Positions 9,089 to 18,877 of a DNA stretch of 64,000 nucleotides are shown here, piece after piece. The translations under genes were made by a program, and so were the position numbers. This DNA is from an uncultured Erysipelotrichaceae bacterium (GTDB taxonomy: Bacteria > Bacillota_I > Bacilli_A > RF39 > UBA660), in contig CADBKG010000005.1 of NCBI GenBank assembly GCA_902795215.1, positions 6,920-70,919 on the forward strand, read 5' to 3'. The notes beneath the pieces were generated by a model. The model was not told the origin of the DNA, made no database searches, and worked only from the letters and a program-made list of their open reading frames with translations. The number at the start of each line of letters is the position of its first letter. Position 1 is the first letter of the stretch.

Positions 9089-9622
9089 ATGGAAAACAAA
9101 AGAGTAGTGATTAGTAATTACCATGAATTATATGATTATTTTAAAAAATATGACTCTCCAAAATGGTACGATTGGAAAATAGAAGGCGATAAAGTAAAGA
9201 TATTGTTAAAAGACAAATCGTTTATTTATTTAACTCCTAACGAATATATAACTCAAGCAAGATCTTTTAATAGAATATTTGTAATTTTTTGTCGAGGTAA
9301 AGATATATTTCAAGAAGGCGTTGATACAGAAACCCATAGAGCAAAAACAATATATATTCTCTTTATTACATTGATGGTTTTCTCTATTATGAATACTAAT
9401 TACGATTCCACAACTTTATCAATTTTAGGTATGATAGTTTCTTACGTTAGAACGCTTAGTTTAGATAAAATAGAAAAGCTATATAGAAGTTTATACGAGG
9501 ATATAAGGGTAGGTAATTATTATGAATCAACTGAAGAAGCAAGAATTTTACAATATCGTTTAGATTTAATTAGTGATTTAAAACAAATAAAAGAGCAAAA
9601 GCAGAAGGGAATAAAGAAATGA
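9089..9622 (+). CDS. hypothetical protein with central TM segments
   Basis: GGAGGG RBS then ATG 9089; hydrophobic stretch IYILFITLMVFSIM...LSILGMIVSYV; first gene of a 4-gene overlapping operon. Confidence 0.5.
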   Translation: MENKRVVISNYHELYDYFKKYDSPKWYDWKIEGDKVKILLKDKSFIYLTPNEYITQARSFNRIFVIFCRGKDIFQEGVDTETHRAKTIYILFITLMVFSIMNTNYDSTTLSILGMIVSYVRTLSLDKIEKLYRSLYEDIRVGNYYESTEEARILQYRLDLISDLKQIKEQKQKGIKK

Positions 9623-10419
9623 GAAAAGGAAAAGTTGAAAATTATATTAAAAAATATTATAAGGATTATTATTTATTTACTCAAAGATGTTATAGACGTA
9701 TATTTTTTGATACTTATAGTAAAGAAGATTTAGAAAAATATTTTAATCAAATAATTAAAAATTCAAAAATAATTCTTGATGAATTTAAATTAATAAAACA
9801 AATAGAAAGGGAAAATAGTATTTATACCACCATAATGCCAGGTTTTGCGTTAGATTCTGTTAAGCTTTCTAATCTTTACCAACTTGATAATATTAAACCA
9901 TCTAGGTATATCGAATTATATCATTTATATTGTTTATTAAGCTGTATTGAAATATTCAATGATATAGAACAATTTGATTTTAAAGAGCAATATTATTTAA
10001 CTAAAGCAGATTATCAAAGCGAAATTGCTGAATGGAAAAAAGAATTTTCGAGCTTTAAAGAGTATTTTAATAGAGTAGATTTAATTGGAAGGGAATATAC
10101 ATTAAACAAATTTATTAGTCATTATTCTAATATGCAGATAAATTTCTATCACATTAAATCAAGAATATTAGATGATATGAATATAACTGATATAGCATAT
10201 GAGGATGAAGAATTACAAGATATATATAAATATATGCTTTATTATTTATTGCCAACATATTTACAAAATGATGAATATAAAAATGAGTGTAATAAGATAT
10301 CTTGTATAATGCTTAAAGAATTAGATCCTTTTGTCGATGATGATATTATAGATAAAATAAGGATAGCTGCAAAAGATTTTGTTGACCAAAAAAAAGCTAA
10401 AGAAAAGAGCAAGAAATAA
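9619..10419 (+). CDS. hypothetical protein, tandem paralogue A
   Basis: Overlapping start (ATGA). Clear similarity to the next ORF (YIELYHLYCLLSCIEIF vs YIEMYYIYRLLYIIKHCF; DIYKYMLYYLLP vs NVYKYMHYYLLP). Confidence 0.6.
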   Translation: MRKGKVENYIKKYYKDYYLFTQRCYRRIFFDTYSKEDLEKYFNQIIKNSKIILDEFKLIKQIERENSIYTTIMPGFALDSVKLSNLYQLDNIKPSRYIELYHLYCLLSCIEIFNDIEQFDFKEQYYLTKADYQSEIAEWKKEFSSFKEYFNRVDLIGREYTLNKFISHYSNMQINFYHIKSRILDDMNITDIAYEDEELQDIYKYMLYYLLPTYLQNDEYKNECNKISCIMLKELDPFVDDDIIDKIRIAAKDFVDQKKAKEKSKK

Positions 10420-11258
10420 TGACGGATAGAGAGTTTAAGAAATCTATAATTCTTTATTATAAAGATTATAATGAAGCGATAATGAGTATCCAAAATCAAA
10501 TAAAACTATTTCATTCTCATTATAATCCTGATGAAAAAATATACTTAGATAATCCTATGTTATATTTATGTAAAACAATAGAGTACGCTGAAAACATACT
10601 TTCTAGATTTACATATATAAATAACATAGGAAGATTATCAAACATAAATATAAATGAAATATACGAAAGAATATTTAAAACAAATAAATTAGCAATCAAC
10701 TTTAAAGAATTATATGATAATAAAAAAATAATACCTTATAAATACATAGAAATGTATTATATTTATAGATTATTATATATTATTAAGCATTGCTTTAATA
10801 TAGAAGATAAAGAAATAAAACTATGGTTTAATAAAGTATTTAATGATTATGAAAGCGCTTTATCAAATTGGATAGAAAAGTATTTCTCATATAAAGTAGA
10901 ATTTAACATAAGAGAAGAAATAATTACTAAATATATAATGGAAAACTACTGCATTCCAAATACACTTGAAGCATCAACAACGTATATAGAAGCAAGTAAA
11001 GAAATAAAACATAATATAAATACCAAAAAACCAGAAGATTCGTACTCTGATGAAACTAGAAATGTATATAAATATATGCATTATTACTTATTACCAAGAA
11101 TTATTAAGGATGATTCACTTAAAAAGTATTATACTTGTTATTCATATGCTATGCTTGAGGTTCTTGATACGATTGTAGATGAAGAAACTAAAGAAAAAAT
11201 AAACTATATTTGTGATCAATATCTAGTAAACAAAGATAAAATGAAAAGAATTAGATAG
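10419..11258 (+). CDS. hypothetical protein, tandem paralogue B
   Basis: Start overlaps the previous stop; paralogous to 9619-10419 along its whole length. Confidence 0.6.
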   Translation: MTDREFKKSIILYYKDYNEAIMSIQNQIKLFHSHYNPDEKIYLDNPMLYLCKTIEYAENILSRFTYINNIGRLSNININEIYERIFKTNKLAINFKELYDNKKIIPYKYIEMYYIYRLLYIIKHCFNIEDKEIKLWFNKVFNDYESALSNWIEKYFSYKVEFNIREEIITKYIMENYCIPNTLEASTTYIEASKEIKHNINTKKPEDSYSDETRNVYKYMHYYLLPRIIKDDSLKKYYTCYSYAMLEVLDTIVDEETKEKINYICDQYLVNKDKMKRIR

Positions 11259-11268
11259 GAGAATAATT

Positions 11269-11985
11269 ATGGCAATTATTGATATTAGAAAAAAAATGTA
11301 TAAAAAGATTTTAACTGCTTGTTATTACGATATGTTTGAAAAAGTATTAAAAACAATTAAAAATTTTAATGAAAAAAAATTAATAGAATTGCAAGCTTAT
11401 GGTCAAGGCTTCCTTGATAATTGTAATACTAGAGATAATATTTATAAAAAAGGTTTTGATTTGTATATGGAAAGAGAAATAATGTCAAATCTTATTAACG
11501 ATAAAGAATTTGTAGAAAAATATAATTTAAGTGATATACATAATGTATGTGGTCCAATAAATTGCAAATATGCTGAATTAAAATATATCCAGTTTTTGAT
11601 TTTTAAATTATTGTATCAAAATAAGTTTGATAAAGATACTGACTTTGAACTTAGAAAACTTGCAGATCAATATGATGCATATATATTAAGAGAATTAGGT
11701 AGAATCAGAAACGGAATGTATTCTCCTACACTTGCTAAAACAAATGCATTTCTATTTGAGAAAGTATTTGGAAATATATTAAATGAAAATCAAAATTTAA
11801 ATATTAAATATAAGACTCTTTTAAATGAGATTGACTTTTCTAATTTTGAAGAAGATTACTATAATAGCAAAAGAATAGAAAGATTTGTTTATGATTTAGT
11901 AGAATTTTATTCTATAGATGATTTCTTAAATGAAATTTATGACATTATAGGAGAACCAAACGATACTAAGTCATTTCATATTTAG
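11269..11985 (+). CDS. hypothetical protein, distant paralogue C
   Basis: RBS AGGAG upstream. Shares the central motif (YAELKYIQFLIFKLLY) and similar size and composition with A and B. Confidence 0.5.
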   Translation: MAIIDIRKKMYKKILTACYYDMFEKVLKTIKNFNEKKLIELQAYGQGFLDNCNTRDNIYKKGFDLYMEREIMSNLINDKEFVEKYNLSDIHNVCGPINCKYAELKYIQFLIFKLLYQNKFDKDTDFELRKLADQYDAYILRELGRIRNGMYSPTLAKTNAFLFEKVFGNILNENQNLNIKYKTLLNEIDFSNFEEDYYNSKRIERFVYDLVEFYSIDDFLNEIYDIIGEPNDTKSFHI

Positions 11986-12009
11986 CCTTGAATAAAGGCT
12001 TTATTTTTT
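11984..12009 (+). terminator. rho-independent terminator
   Basis: AGCCTT-gaata-AAGGCT then TTATTTTTT. Confidence 0.6.
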
Positions 12010-12040
12010 GTATAATACCAAATAGTGAAGGGGTGGGATT

Positions 12041-13927
12041 ATGGTTCCAATAGATGAACAAAAATATTTTGATAACGTAATTAAAAAGACTAAAGAAATT
12101 ATAAACGAAAATGAAAATTATATAGAAAAAGAAAAAAAGAGAATTGAAAAAAATAAAAGAGAAATAAAAGAACGTGAACAAGAATATACAGGCGCCGAGC
12201 TATATAACAGCATGGATGAAGAAGATTTAAATGTTCTTTTACTTAATAAAATTATTAGAAAAAATATAAGTTTATATCATAGTCTTGAAACACCATACTT
12301 TGCAAGAATTGATTTTAAAGATAGCGAAAAAGAAAAAGTTAAAGCTTATATTGGAACAACAAGCATAGAAAGAGATGGAAATATATTAGTCTATGATTGG
12401 CGTGCTCCTATATCTAATCTTTACTATAATTATGGTATAGGTAAAGCAGTTATTGAAACTCCAAAATCAAATGAAGAAGTAGAGATAACTTTAAAAAGAC
12501 AATATCAAATAAAAATGGGAAAACTTTTAAATATAATAGATACTGATGCTGCAATAGATGATGAATTGCTTCAAGATGTACTTGTTAAAAGCCCAACTAA
12601 AAAGATGCAAAACATTGTTTCCACTATTCAAAAAGAACAAAATAATATAATAAGATACAAAGGTAAAGATAATCTAATTATAGAAGGTATTGCAGGTTCT
12701 GGTAAAACTGCTATTATTCTTCATAGAGTGGCATATCTTTTATATAATGAAAATGATTTAACTTCTAAAAATGTTATAATTGTAAGTCCTAATGAAGTAT
12801 TTAGTGAATATATATCTGGAGTACTTCCAGAGCTTGGTGAAGAAAATATTAAATCTATCTCACTTGATATGATACTTAAAAACTTAGTTAAGGTTCCAGT
12901 AGAGTCGCAGGGAGATTATTTAAATAGACAATATACAAATAATTATAAAGCTAAAAAATTAGACATTAAAAATTATGATAAGTATTTAAAAGAATATAAA
13001 GATAATTTGCATTTTGAAAAAAGCATGGGACTAAATAATGTTAAGATTACAAAAGAAGAGTTAAATGAGTTAATCAAGAAAAAGAAAAATAGACTCAATA
13101 TATCCTCACTTATTGATTACATTACAAGTTATGTTTTAAATAAATTTGGTATTGATGAAGACAAAAACTTTGATAATATGCAAAAGATTATTAAAAAACA
13201 ACTTAACGTTAAGGATGATGCATTAAAAATATATATTGATTATTTGGGCAGAGAGATAGATCATATTTCATATGAAGAAGTAGCATATGTTCTATGTCTT
13301 TATTATGAAATAAATGGCTATCCAGATTATAGTTATATAAAACACTTAATAATCGATGAAGCGCAAGATTATGATGTATTTGAAATAAAACTTTTAAAGA
13401 AGATTTTTAATAGTGCAATATTTACAATTGTTGGAGATATTAATCAAAGATTAAATAAGAATGTTAATAATACTCTTGAAAGTTTGACTTTAGCTTTAGA
13501 TAATTCAAGATATATAAAACTTAATAAAACATATCGTTCTTCAAGAGAAATAACTGAATATGCATGTAATATTATTGGTAATAAAGAAATAAAATCAATT
13601 AGAGATTATAATGGAATAAATGTTTTAATAAAGAACGAAGAAAACTTAAAAGAAGATTTAATTAACGATATAAGTAAGTTTAAATCTAATAATTATGAAA
13701 GTATTGCAATTATTACTAAAACTAAGGAAGAAGCGGATATGATAAATGATCTTAATATTGATAAGATGATAAAAGCTTTGCCATTTTATCTAGCTAAGGG
13801 TTTAGAATTTGAAGGAGTTATTATTTATACAAGTAAAGATGATAATCTAAAAAATGACAAAAACCTTCATTATGTTATGGCAACAAGGGCAAGAGAGGCA
13901 CTGGTTATATATAACCAAAAAATCTAA
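12041..13927 (+). CDS. helD: HelD (helicase IV-like RNA polymerase-recycling UvrD-family ATPase)
   Basis: TPYFARIDF, LVYDWRAPISNLYYNY, MQNIVSTIQKEQNNIIR, Walker A GIAGSGKTA, IIDEAQDY and TYRSSREI match recalled B. subtilis HelD almost motif for motif. Confidence 0.85.
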   Translation: MVPIDEQKYFDNVIKKTKEIINENENYIEKEKKRIEKNKREIKEREQEYTGAELYNSMDEEDLNVLLLNKIIRKNISLYHSLETPYFARIDFKDSEKEKVKAYIGTTSIERDGNILVYDWRAPISNLYYNYGIGKAVIETPKSNEEVEITLKRQYQIKMGKLLNIIDTDAAIDDELLQDVLVKSPTKKMQNIVSTIQKEQNNIIRYKGKDNLIIEGIAGSGKTAIILHRVAYLLYNENDLTSKNVIIVSPNEVFSEYISGVLPELGEENIKSISLDMILKNLVKVPVESQGDYLNRQYTNNYKAKKLDIKNYDKYLKEYKDNLHFEKSMGLNNVKITKEELNELIKKKKNRLNISSLIDYITSYVLNKFGIDEDKNFDNMQKIIKKQLNVKDDALKIYIDYLGREIDHISYEEVAYVLCLYYEINGYPDYSYIKHLIIDEAQDYDVFEIKLLKKIFNSAIFTIVGDINQRLNKNVNNTLESLTLALDNSRYIKLNKTYRSSREITEYACNIIGNKEIKSIRDYNGINVLIKNEENLKEDLINDISKFKSNNYESIAIITKTKEEADMINDLNIDKMIKALPFYLAKGLEFEGVIIYTSKDDNLKNDKNLHYVMATRAREALVIYNQKI

Positions 13928-13989
13928 TATCATTTGTCGAACTTATATCTAAAGAAACGTTTATTTGTTATAATCTTTTTGGTGATAAT

Positions 13990-14208
13990 ATGGATATAAT
14001 TTACAAAAAAGATACTTTATATGTTTATTTAGATGATGAAATAAGTGAAGATATGATTTACACAGTTGAAGATAAAATTAATACTATAATGGGAACATAT
14101 AAAATTAGTAATTTAGTAATTAAACCAGGGAATATAGATACTAAATTATTTGAACCATTTAGAAAAAGATATAATCAAAATCATAAAACTAATATGATTA
14201 TAAAATAA
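13990..14208 (+). CDS. hypothetical 72-aa protein
   Basis: ORF with a weak RBS (GGTGA). Faint resemblance to the N-terminal half of STAS/anti-sigma antagonist folds, not supportable. Confidence 0.35.
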   Translation: MDIIYKKDTLYVYLDDEISEDMIYTVEDKINTIMGTYKISNLVIKPGNIDTKLFEPFRKRYNQNHKTNMIIK

Positions 14209-14270
14209 AGGAAAATCCTTTATTTTATTTTTACTATGTGTGTGATATAATTTAAAAAGGAGTGGTAAAT

Positions 14271-14792
14271 ATGTATATATTTTTGCCTGATAAATATTTA
14301 AAAAGTGTATATCAAATAGACTATCAAGCATTAAAAGATGCAGGAATAAAAATGATTCTTTTTGACCTTGATAATACTATTGTACCTATAAATGCTAAAT
14401 TACCTTCAAAGAAATTAAAAGATTTATTTGAAGATATAAAATCAATTGGTTTAAAGCCTGTTATAATGAGTAACAGTGGCAAAAAAAGAGTAGAGCCTTT
14501 TAAAGATGAATTATATGTAGATGCGGCATGTTCTAGTTTAAAACCTCTTTCATATAAATACAAAAAAATTATGAATATGTATAATCTAAAAGCAAGTGAA
14601 CTAGCCGCTGTTGGAGATCAATTACTAACAGATGTTTTTGGAGCCAACAAACTTGGAATAACTACAATACTTGTAAATCCTATTAGTACATCTGATTTTA
14701 AAATAACTTCTATTAATAGATTTTTCGAAAGAATAATTTTAAGACATTTTGCAAAAAGAGATGTTTTTAAAAAAGGAGAATATTATGAGTAG
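14271..14792 (+). CDS. yqeG: YqeG-family HAD phosphatase
   Basis: AAGGAG RBS then ATG 14271. FLPDKYLKSVYQI, ILFDLDNTIVP and VGDQLLTDVFGANKLGITTILVNPI parallel B. subtilis YqeG. Confidence 0.8.
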   Translation: MYIFLPDKYLKSVYQIDYQALKDAGIKMILFDLDNTIVPINAKLPSKKLKDLFEDIKSIGLKPVIMSNSGKKRVEPFKDELYVDAACSSLKPLSYKYKKIMNMYNLKASELAAVGDQLLTDVFGANKLGITTILVNPISTSDFKITSINRFFERIILRHFAKRDVFKKGEYYE

Positions 14793-15747
14793 GATATGTT
14801 ATGGTTGTGGTTCTAAACTCCAATATGCTGATAAAGAAAAAAATGGATATGTTAGAAAAGAAAAAATAAATGATGCGAAGTATTGTGAAAGATGTTTTAA
14901 AATGATTCACTATGGTGAGAATATTAAAAATAAGGAACCAAAAACTATAGATGAAATAATTAAAACCTTAAATAAAAATGCAAAATTTGTCGTATTTATG
15001 TCTTCTTTTATAGATATTTCTTATGATATAGTTAATATATATAAAAAGATAAAAGTTCCAAAAATACTTGTTATTTCAAAAAGTGATATTATACCTAAAA
15101 ATATATCTTTCGAAGAAATCAAAAAATATATAAGAGTTAATTATGGTATTAAGGAAGATATAGTATTTACAAGTTATAATAGTAGTTTAAATTCATTTAT
15201 TAAAAAGATAAGTGAATATGATGAAATATATTTTGTTGGTATGACTAGTTCTGGTAAGAGTACGCTTATTAATAAAATAAATGAAAAACTAGGAAGCAAA
15301 AATGTAAAACTAACAACTAGTTATAAAGAGAATACTACTGAAGATTTTGTAAGACTTAAAATTGGTAATATGACTATTATAGATTCACCAGGATTTTTAA
15401 TAGAGAATTTTGAAGTAGGTAAAAATGAAAACATCTTTGAAGAAATAAAACCGATTACATACCAAAATAAACTTCCTTGTACTTTTAAAATAGGTAATTT
15501 ATTTAAGATAAGAATAGATGGTAAATCAAGTGTGGTGTTTTATTTTAGTAAGAATATTAATTTAGAAAGGTTATATAATAATAAAGTTATTGGTACAACA
15601 TTTAGAGTTGGAAAAGATAGTGATATTATAATAACAGGCCTTGGTTTTATTAAAACAACTGAGGATATAACTATTACTGTACCAAGTGATATTGTTAAGT
15701 ATATTAATATAAGACCAAGTATAACAGGTGGAAAGAATCTTAAATAG
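14785..15747 (+). CDS. yqeH: ribosome biogenesis GTPase YqeH
   Basis: AAGGAG RBS then ATG 14785; N-terminal Zn-ribbon CYGCGSKLQ...CERC; circularly permuted GTPase with GMTSSGKSTLIN; conserved yqeG-yqeH order. Confidence 0.8.
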   Translation: MSRICYGCGSKLQYADKEKNGYVRKEKINDAKYCERCFKMIHYGENIKNKEPKTIDEIIKTLNKNAKFVVFMSSFIDISYDIVNIYKKIKVPKILVISKSDIIPKNISFEEIKKYIRVNYGIKEDIVFTSYNSSLNSFIKKISEYDEIYFVGMTSSGKSTLINKINEKLGSKNVKLTTSYKENTTEDFVRLKIGNMTIIDSPGFLIENFEVGKNENIFEEIKPITYQNKLPCTFKIGNLFKIRIDGKSSVVFYFSKNINLERLYNNKVIGTTFRVGKDSDIIITGLGFIKTTEDITITVPSDIVKYINIRPSITGGKNLK

Positions 15748-15819
15748 ATTCTTTTTTTATAAGTACTAGAAAAACTTGTTAATATAAGATACAATATAAA
15801 TGACTGAGAGTGATGTTAA

Positions 15820-17583
15820 ATGAGTAAAATTAAAGTAATGAGTCCTGTGCTAGCCAATAAAATAGCTGCTGGAGAAGTAATTGAAAAGATTTTTAATGTA
15901 GTTAAAGAGCTGGTAGAAAATTCTATTGATGCTAAAGCAGAAAATATTAAAATAGAACTTAAAGATGCTGGTAAATCGATGATAAAAGTAGTTGATGATG
16001 GAATAGGTATGGATAAAAAAGATGCAAAGAATGCTTTTTTAAGACATGCCACCAGTAAGATTTTTAAAGATGATGATTTGTTTTTTATAAACACTCTTGG
16101 TTTTAGAGGTGAAGCTCTTGCATCAATCGCCGCAGTTTCAGAAGTTAATCTTGAAACTAGTGATGGTAAAGAGTCATCTAATATAATTATAAAGGGCGGA
16201 GAAGTTATCAAAGAAGAATCAGGTAATCTTAGAAAAGGTACATCAATTACAGTTACAAACCTTTTTTATAATACTCCTGCAAGATTAAAGTATTTAAAAA
16301 GTGAACCTTATGAACTAGCGCTTACAACAGCTTTTGTAGAAAAACTAGCGCTTTCATACCCTGATATAAGTTTTATGCTTTTTAATAATGATGAAAAAAT
16401 AATCCATACAACAAAAAGTGGTAATTTATTAAAAACAATACACGAATTATATGGACCATTGGTAAGTTCTAATATGCTTGAAATAAAAGGATCTAATGAT
16501 GATTATGATATTTATGGGTATGTTAGTAATATAAATATACTTAGAAAAACAAAAAACAAAATGATTACTATAATAAATGGTAGAAGTATATGGAATAATG
16601 ATATTAATAAAATGATAGAAGAAGCTTATCATACATATAAACCTGAAGAACTTCATCCTATATGTATAATCAAGATAGAAACTGACCCTACGCTTATAGA
16701 TGTAAATATTCATCCAACTAAACAAGATATTAGATTATCTAAAAAAGAAGAATTAAAAACACTTCTTATCGATACTATAAAAGAAGCATTATATAATAAC
16801 AATTTAGTTCCTGAAATAAAAGAAACAAATGATAATTCAATAGAAGAGATGCTTCCAAAAACACTATTTTTAGAAGATGATAATGAAACTAAACTAGAAG
16901 TTAGTATGCCAAAATATGATAATATTTATACAACAAAAGATTTTGATGGTAATCAAGAAGAATTTGATTTTAAAAGTATTGTAGATGATAAAAATGATAA
17001 ACTTAAAAAATTAGAATTATATCCTGTTGGTATAGCTTTTGGAACATATATTATCGCTCAAAATAAAGAAGGAATATACTTAATAGATCAACATGCTGCG
17101 CAGGAAAGAATTAATTACGAGAAAGTGTTAAATGAAATAACAAGTGATAAGAGTACCACCCTTCTAGTTCCATTTACGATTGAATTATCTAAAAGTGATT
17201 TTATAATAATCAAGAGGAATATAGATAAACTAACTAATATGGGATTTGTATTGGAGGAATTTGGAATTAATACTTATAAAGTATCCGCACATCCTATATG
17301 GCTTAAAGATAAAATTAATGAGGAAGTTGTTAAAGATATATTTGATACTCTTATAAGTGAAGAAGGGCATTTTGATATAAAAAGATTTAACGATAATATA
17401 GCGGCGACTGTTGCATGTAAAAAAAGTATTAAGGGTAATTCTAGAATAACTCTTGATGAAGCATCATTTTTACTATCCCAGCTGGTACTATGTGATAATC
17501 CTTACAACTGCCCGCATGGTAGACCAACTATTATAAAATTTACTATTTATGAACTTGAAAAAATGTTTAAGAGAGCGATGTGA
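15820..17583 (+). CDS. mutL: DNA mismatch repair protein MutL
   Basis: N-terminal GHKL ATPase motifs (LANKIAAGEVIEKIFNVVKELVENSIDA, DDGIGM, LGFRGEAL) and a C-terminal dimerisation/endonuclease region (DQHAAQERI, CPHGRP). Confidence 0.9.
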   Translation: MSKIKVMSPVLANKIAAGEVIEKIFNVVKELVENSIDAKAENIKIELKDAGKSMIKVVDDGIGMDKKDAKNAFLRHATSKIFKDDDLFFINTLGFRGEALASIAAVSEVNLETSDGKESSNIIIKGGEVIKEESGNLRKGTSITVTNLFYNTPARLKYLKSEPYELALTTAFVEKLALSYPDISFMLFNNDEKIIHTTKSGNLLKTIHELYGPLVSSNMLEIKGSNDDYDIYGYVSNINILRKTKNKMITIINGRSIWNNDINKMIEEAYHTYKPEELHPICIIKIETDPTLIDVNIHPTKQDIRLSKKEELKTLLIDTIKEALYNNNLVPEIKETNDNSIEEMLPKTLFLEDDNETKLEVSMPKYDNIYTTKDFDGNQEEFDFKSIVDDKNDKLKKLELYPVGIAFGTYIIAQNKEGIYLIDQHAAQERINYEKVLNEITSDKSTTLLVPFTIELSKSDFIIIKRNIDKLTNMGFVLEEFGINTYKVSAHPIWLKDKINEEVVKDIFDTLISEEGHFDIKRFNDNIAATVACKKSIKGNSRITLDEASFLLSQLVLCDNPYNCPHGRPTIIKFTIYELEKMFKRAM

Positions 17584-17587
17584 TAAA

Positions 17588-18877
17588 ATGAAAATAACTC
17601 CTAAAGATATTGATATGGGTAATTATACATTAAAATATTATAAATGTAATAGATTTACTTCTAATCAAATTAATTTTGTATTTGAAACAAAACTCACTAA
17701 ACATAAAATATATGATTTAGATATGCTGGCAGATTATTTAATGTCTACAAATAAAGAATATAAAACTTTAAAAGAAATACAAGACAAAGGTATGGATTTA
17801 TACTCAACTTCATTATTAATAGATAATTATAGAATAGGGAATAAACTAATAACCCACATGACAATTTCATTAATGGATAAGGATTTGGTTAAAGATGATT
17901 ATTATGAGGAAGCATTTAAGTATTTAAAAACATTGCTATTTAATCCTAATTTTACAAATGGTAAATACGATGAAACGATAATGAACAGAAGAAAAGAAGC
18001 TTTTAAAGAAGATCTAAAAAATAGGTTATTATCACCAACTAATAAGTCATATAATAGTCTTATAAAACATGCTTTCAAGAATACTTATATATCAAAAGAC
18101 TTAATTACTACCAGTAAAGAAGTAGACAAAGTTTTAGATGCAAGTGCAAATAGAGTTATAAAGACATATGATGAGTTAATTAATAAATCATTTGTAGGTG
18201 GATATATATTTGGTAATTTTGAAGAAAAATATATAAAAAAGATTAAAGAATATTTTAAGTTTAACTATGTTAAACCATTTGATAGAAATTATTCAGAAGA
18301 AATATCTTTTGATAATATTGCTGATAAAGATGTGTATGACAAAGATTTAAATGAATCTGTTTTAACTATGATATATGATATTAAAAACTATAGTAAAAAA
18401 GAAATAAACTTATATAAAGCCATTATGTATTTTATTAATTTTGACTCTGGTAGAATGCTTCATAAAACTTTAAGAGATAAACTTAATATAGTATATTCAT
18501 CAAATGCTAGTTTAAACCTTCACAGTGGATTTATTGTATTCGAAGCATTTATAGATTATAAAAATAAAGACAAATGCATTAAAGGAATTGAATCTGTATT
18601 AGAGGATTTAAAAGATAAAAGGGTAGTAAAAAAAGAACTTGCAATGCTTAGAAAGACTCTTAAAGAAAAAAGATTACTAAATGAAGAATTAAAACCGTTT
18701 TACACACATTCTGTTTCTATAGACTACTTTAAGAATAATACAAGTTTTGATAAGTTTTATGAAGATACTTTAAAATTTAAAGAAGAAGATATAATAAAAG
18801 CTATAAATAAATTAGAGAGGAAGGTGACATATCTTTATGCAGGGACTAAACAAGATAGTAAAGAAGACACTTTCTAA
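17588..18877 (+). CDS. M16-family peptidase-like protein lacking HxxEH (non-catalytic partner)
   Basis: ~430 aa, insulinase-like size and layout, no HxxEH. Immediately followed by an HxxEH-bearing M16 gene. Confidence 0.6.
   Translation: MKITPKDIDMGNYTLKYYKCNRFTSNQINFVFETKLTKHKIYDLDMLADYLMSTNKEYKTLKEIQDKGMDLYSTSLLIDNYRIGNKLITHMTISLMDKDLVKDDYYEEAFKYLKTLLFNPNFTNGKYDETIMNRRKEAFKEDLKNRLLSPTNKSYNSLIKHAFKNTYISKDLITTSKEVDKVLDASANRVIKTYDELINKSFVGGYIFGNFEEKYIKKIKEYFKFNYVKPFDRNYSEEISFDNIADKDVYDKDLNESVLTMIYDIKNYSKKEINLYKAIMYFINFDSGRMLHKTLRDKLNIVYSSNASLNLHSGFIVFEAFIDYKNKDKCIKGIESVLEDLKDKRVVKKELAMLRKTLKEKRLLNEELKPFYTHSVSIDYFKNNTSFDKFYEDTLKFKEEDIIKAINKLERKVTYLYAGTKQDSKEDTF

Noticed and set aside
12041-13927. 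UvrD-like helicase as the core of a defence system together with the upstream unknown operon
   Set aside because: The helicase matches housekeeping HelD motif for motif, and a terminator plus extended -10 element separate it from the upstream genes. Linkage is therefore noted only as context.
15816-16211. Antisense ORF inside mutL (similar cases: 16447-16725, 53365-53592, 55804-55992, 56137-56538, 59297-59624 inside rpoB/rpoC)
   Set aside because: They lie wholly within confidently identified conserved genes, have low-complexity products and lack translation signals.
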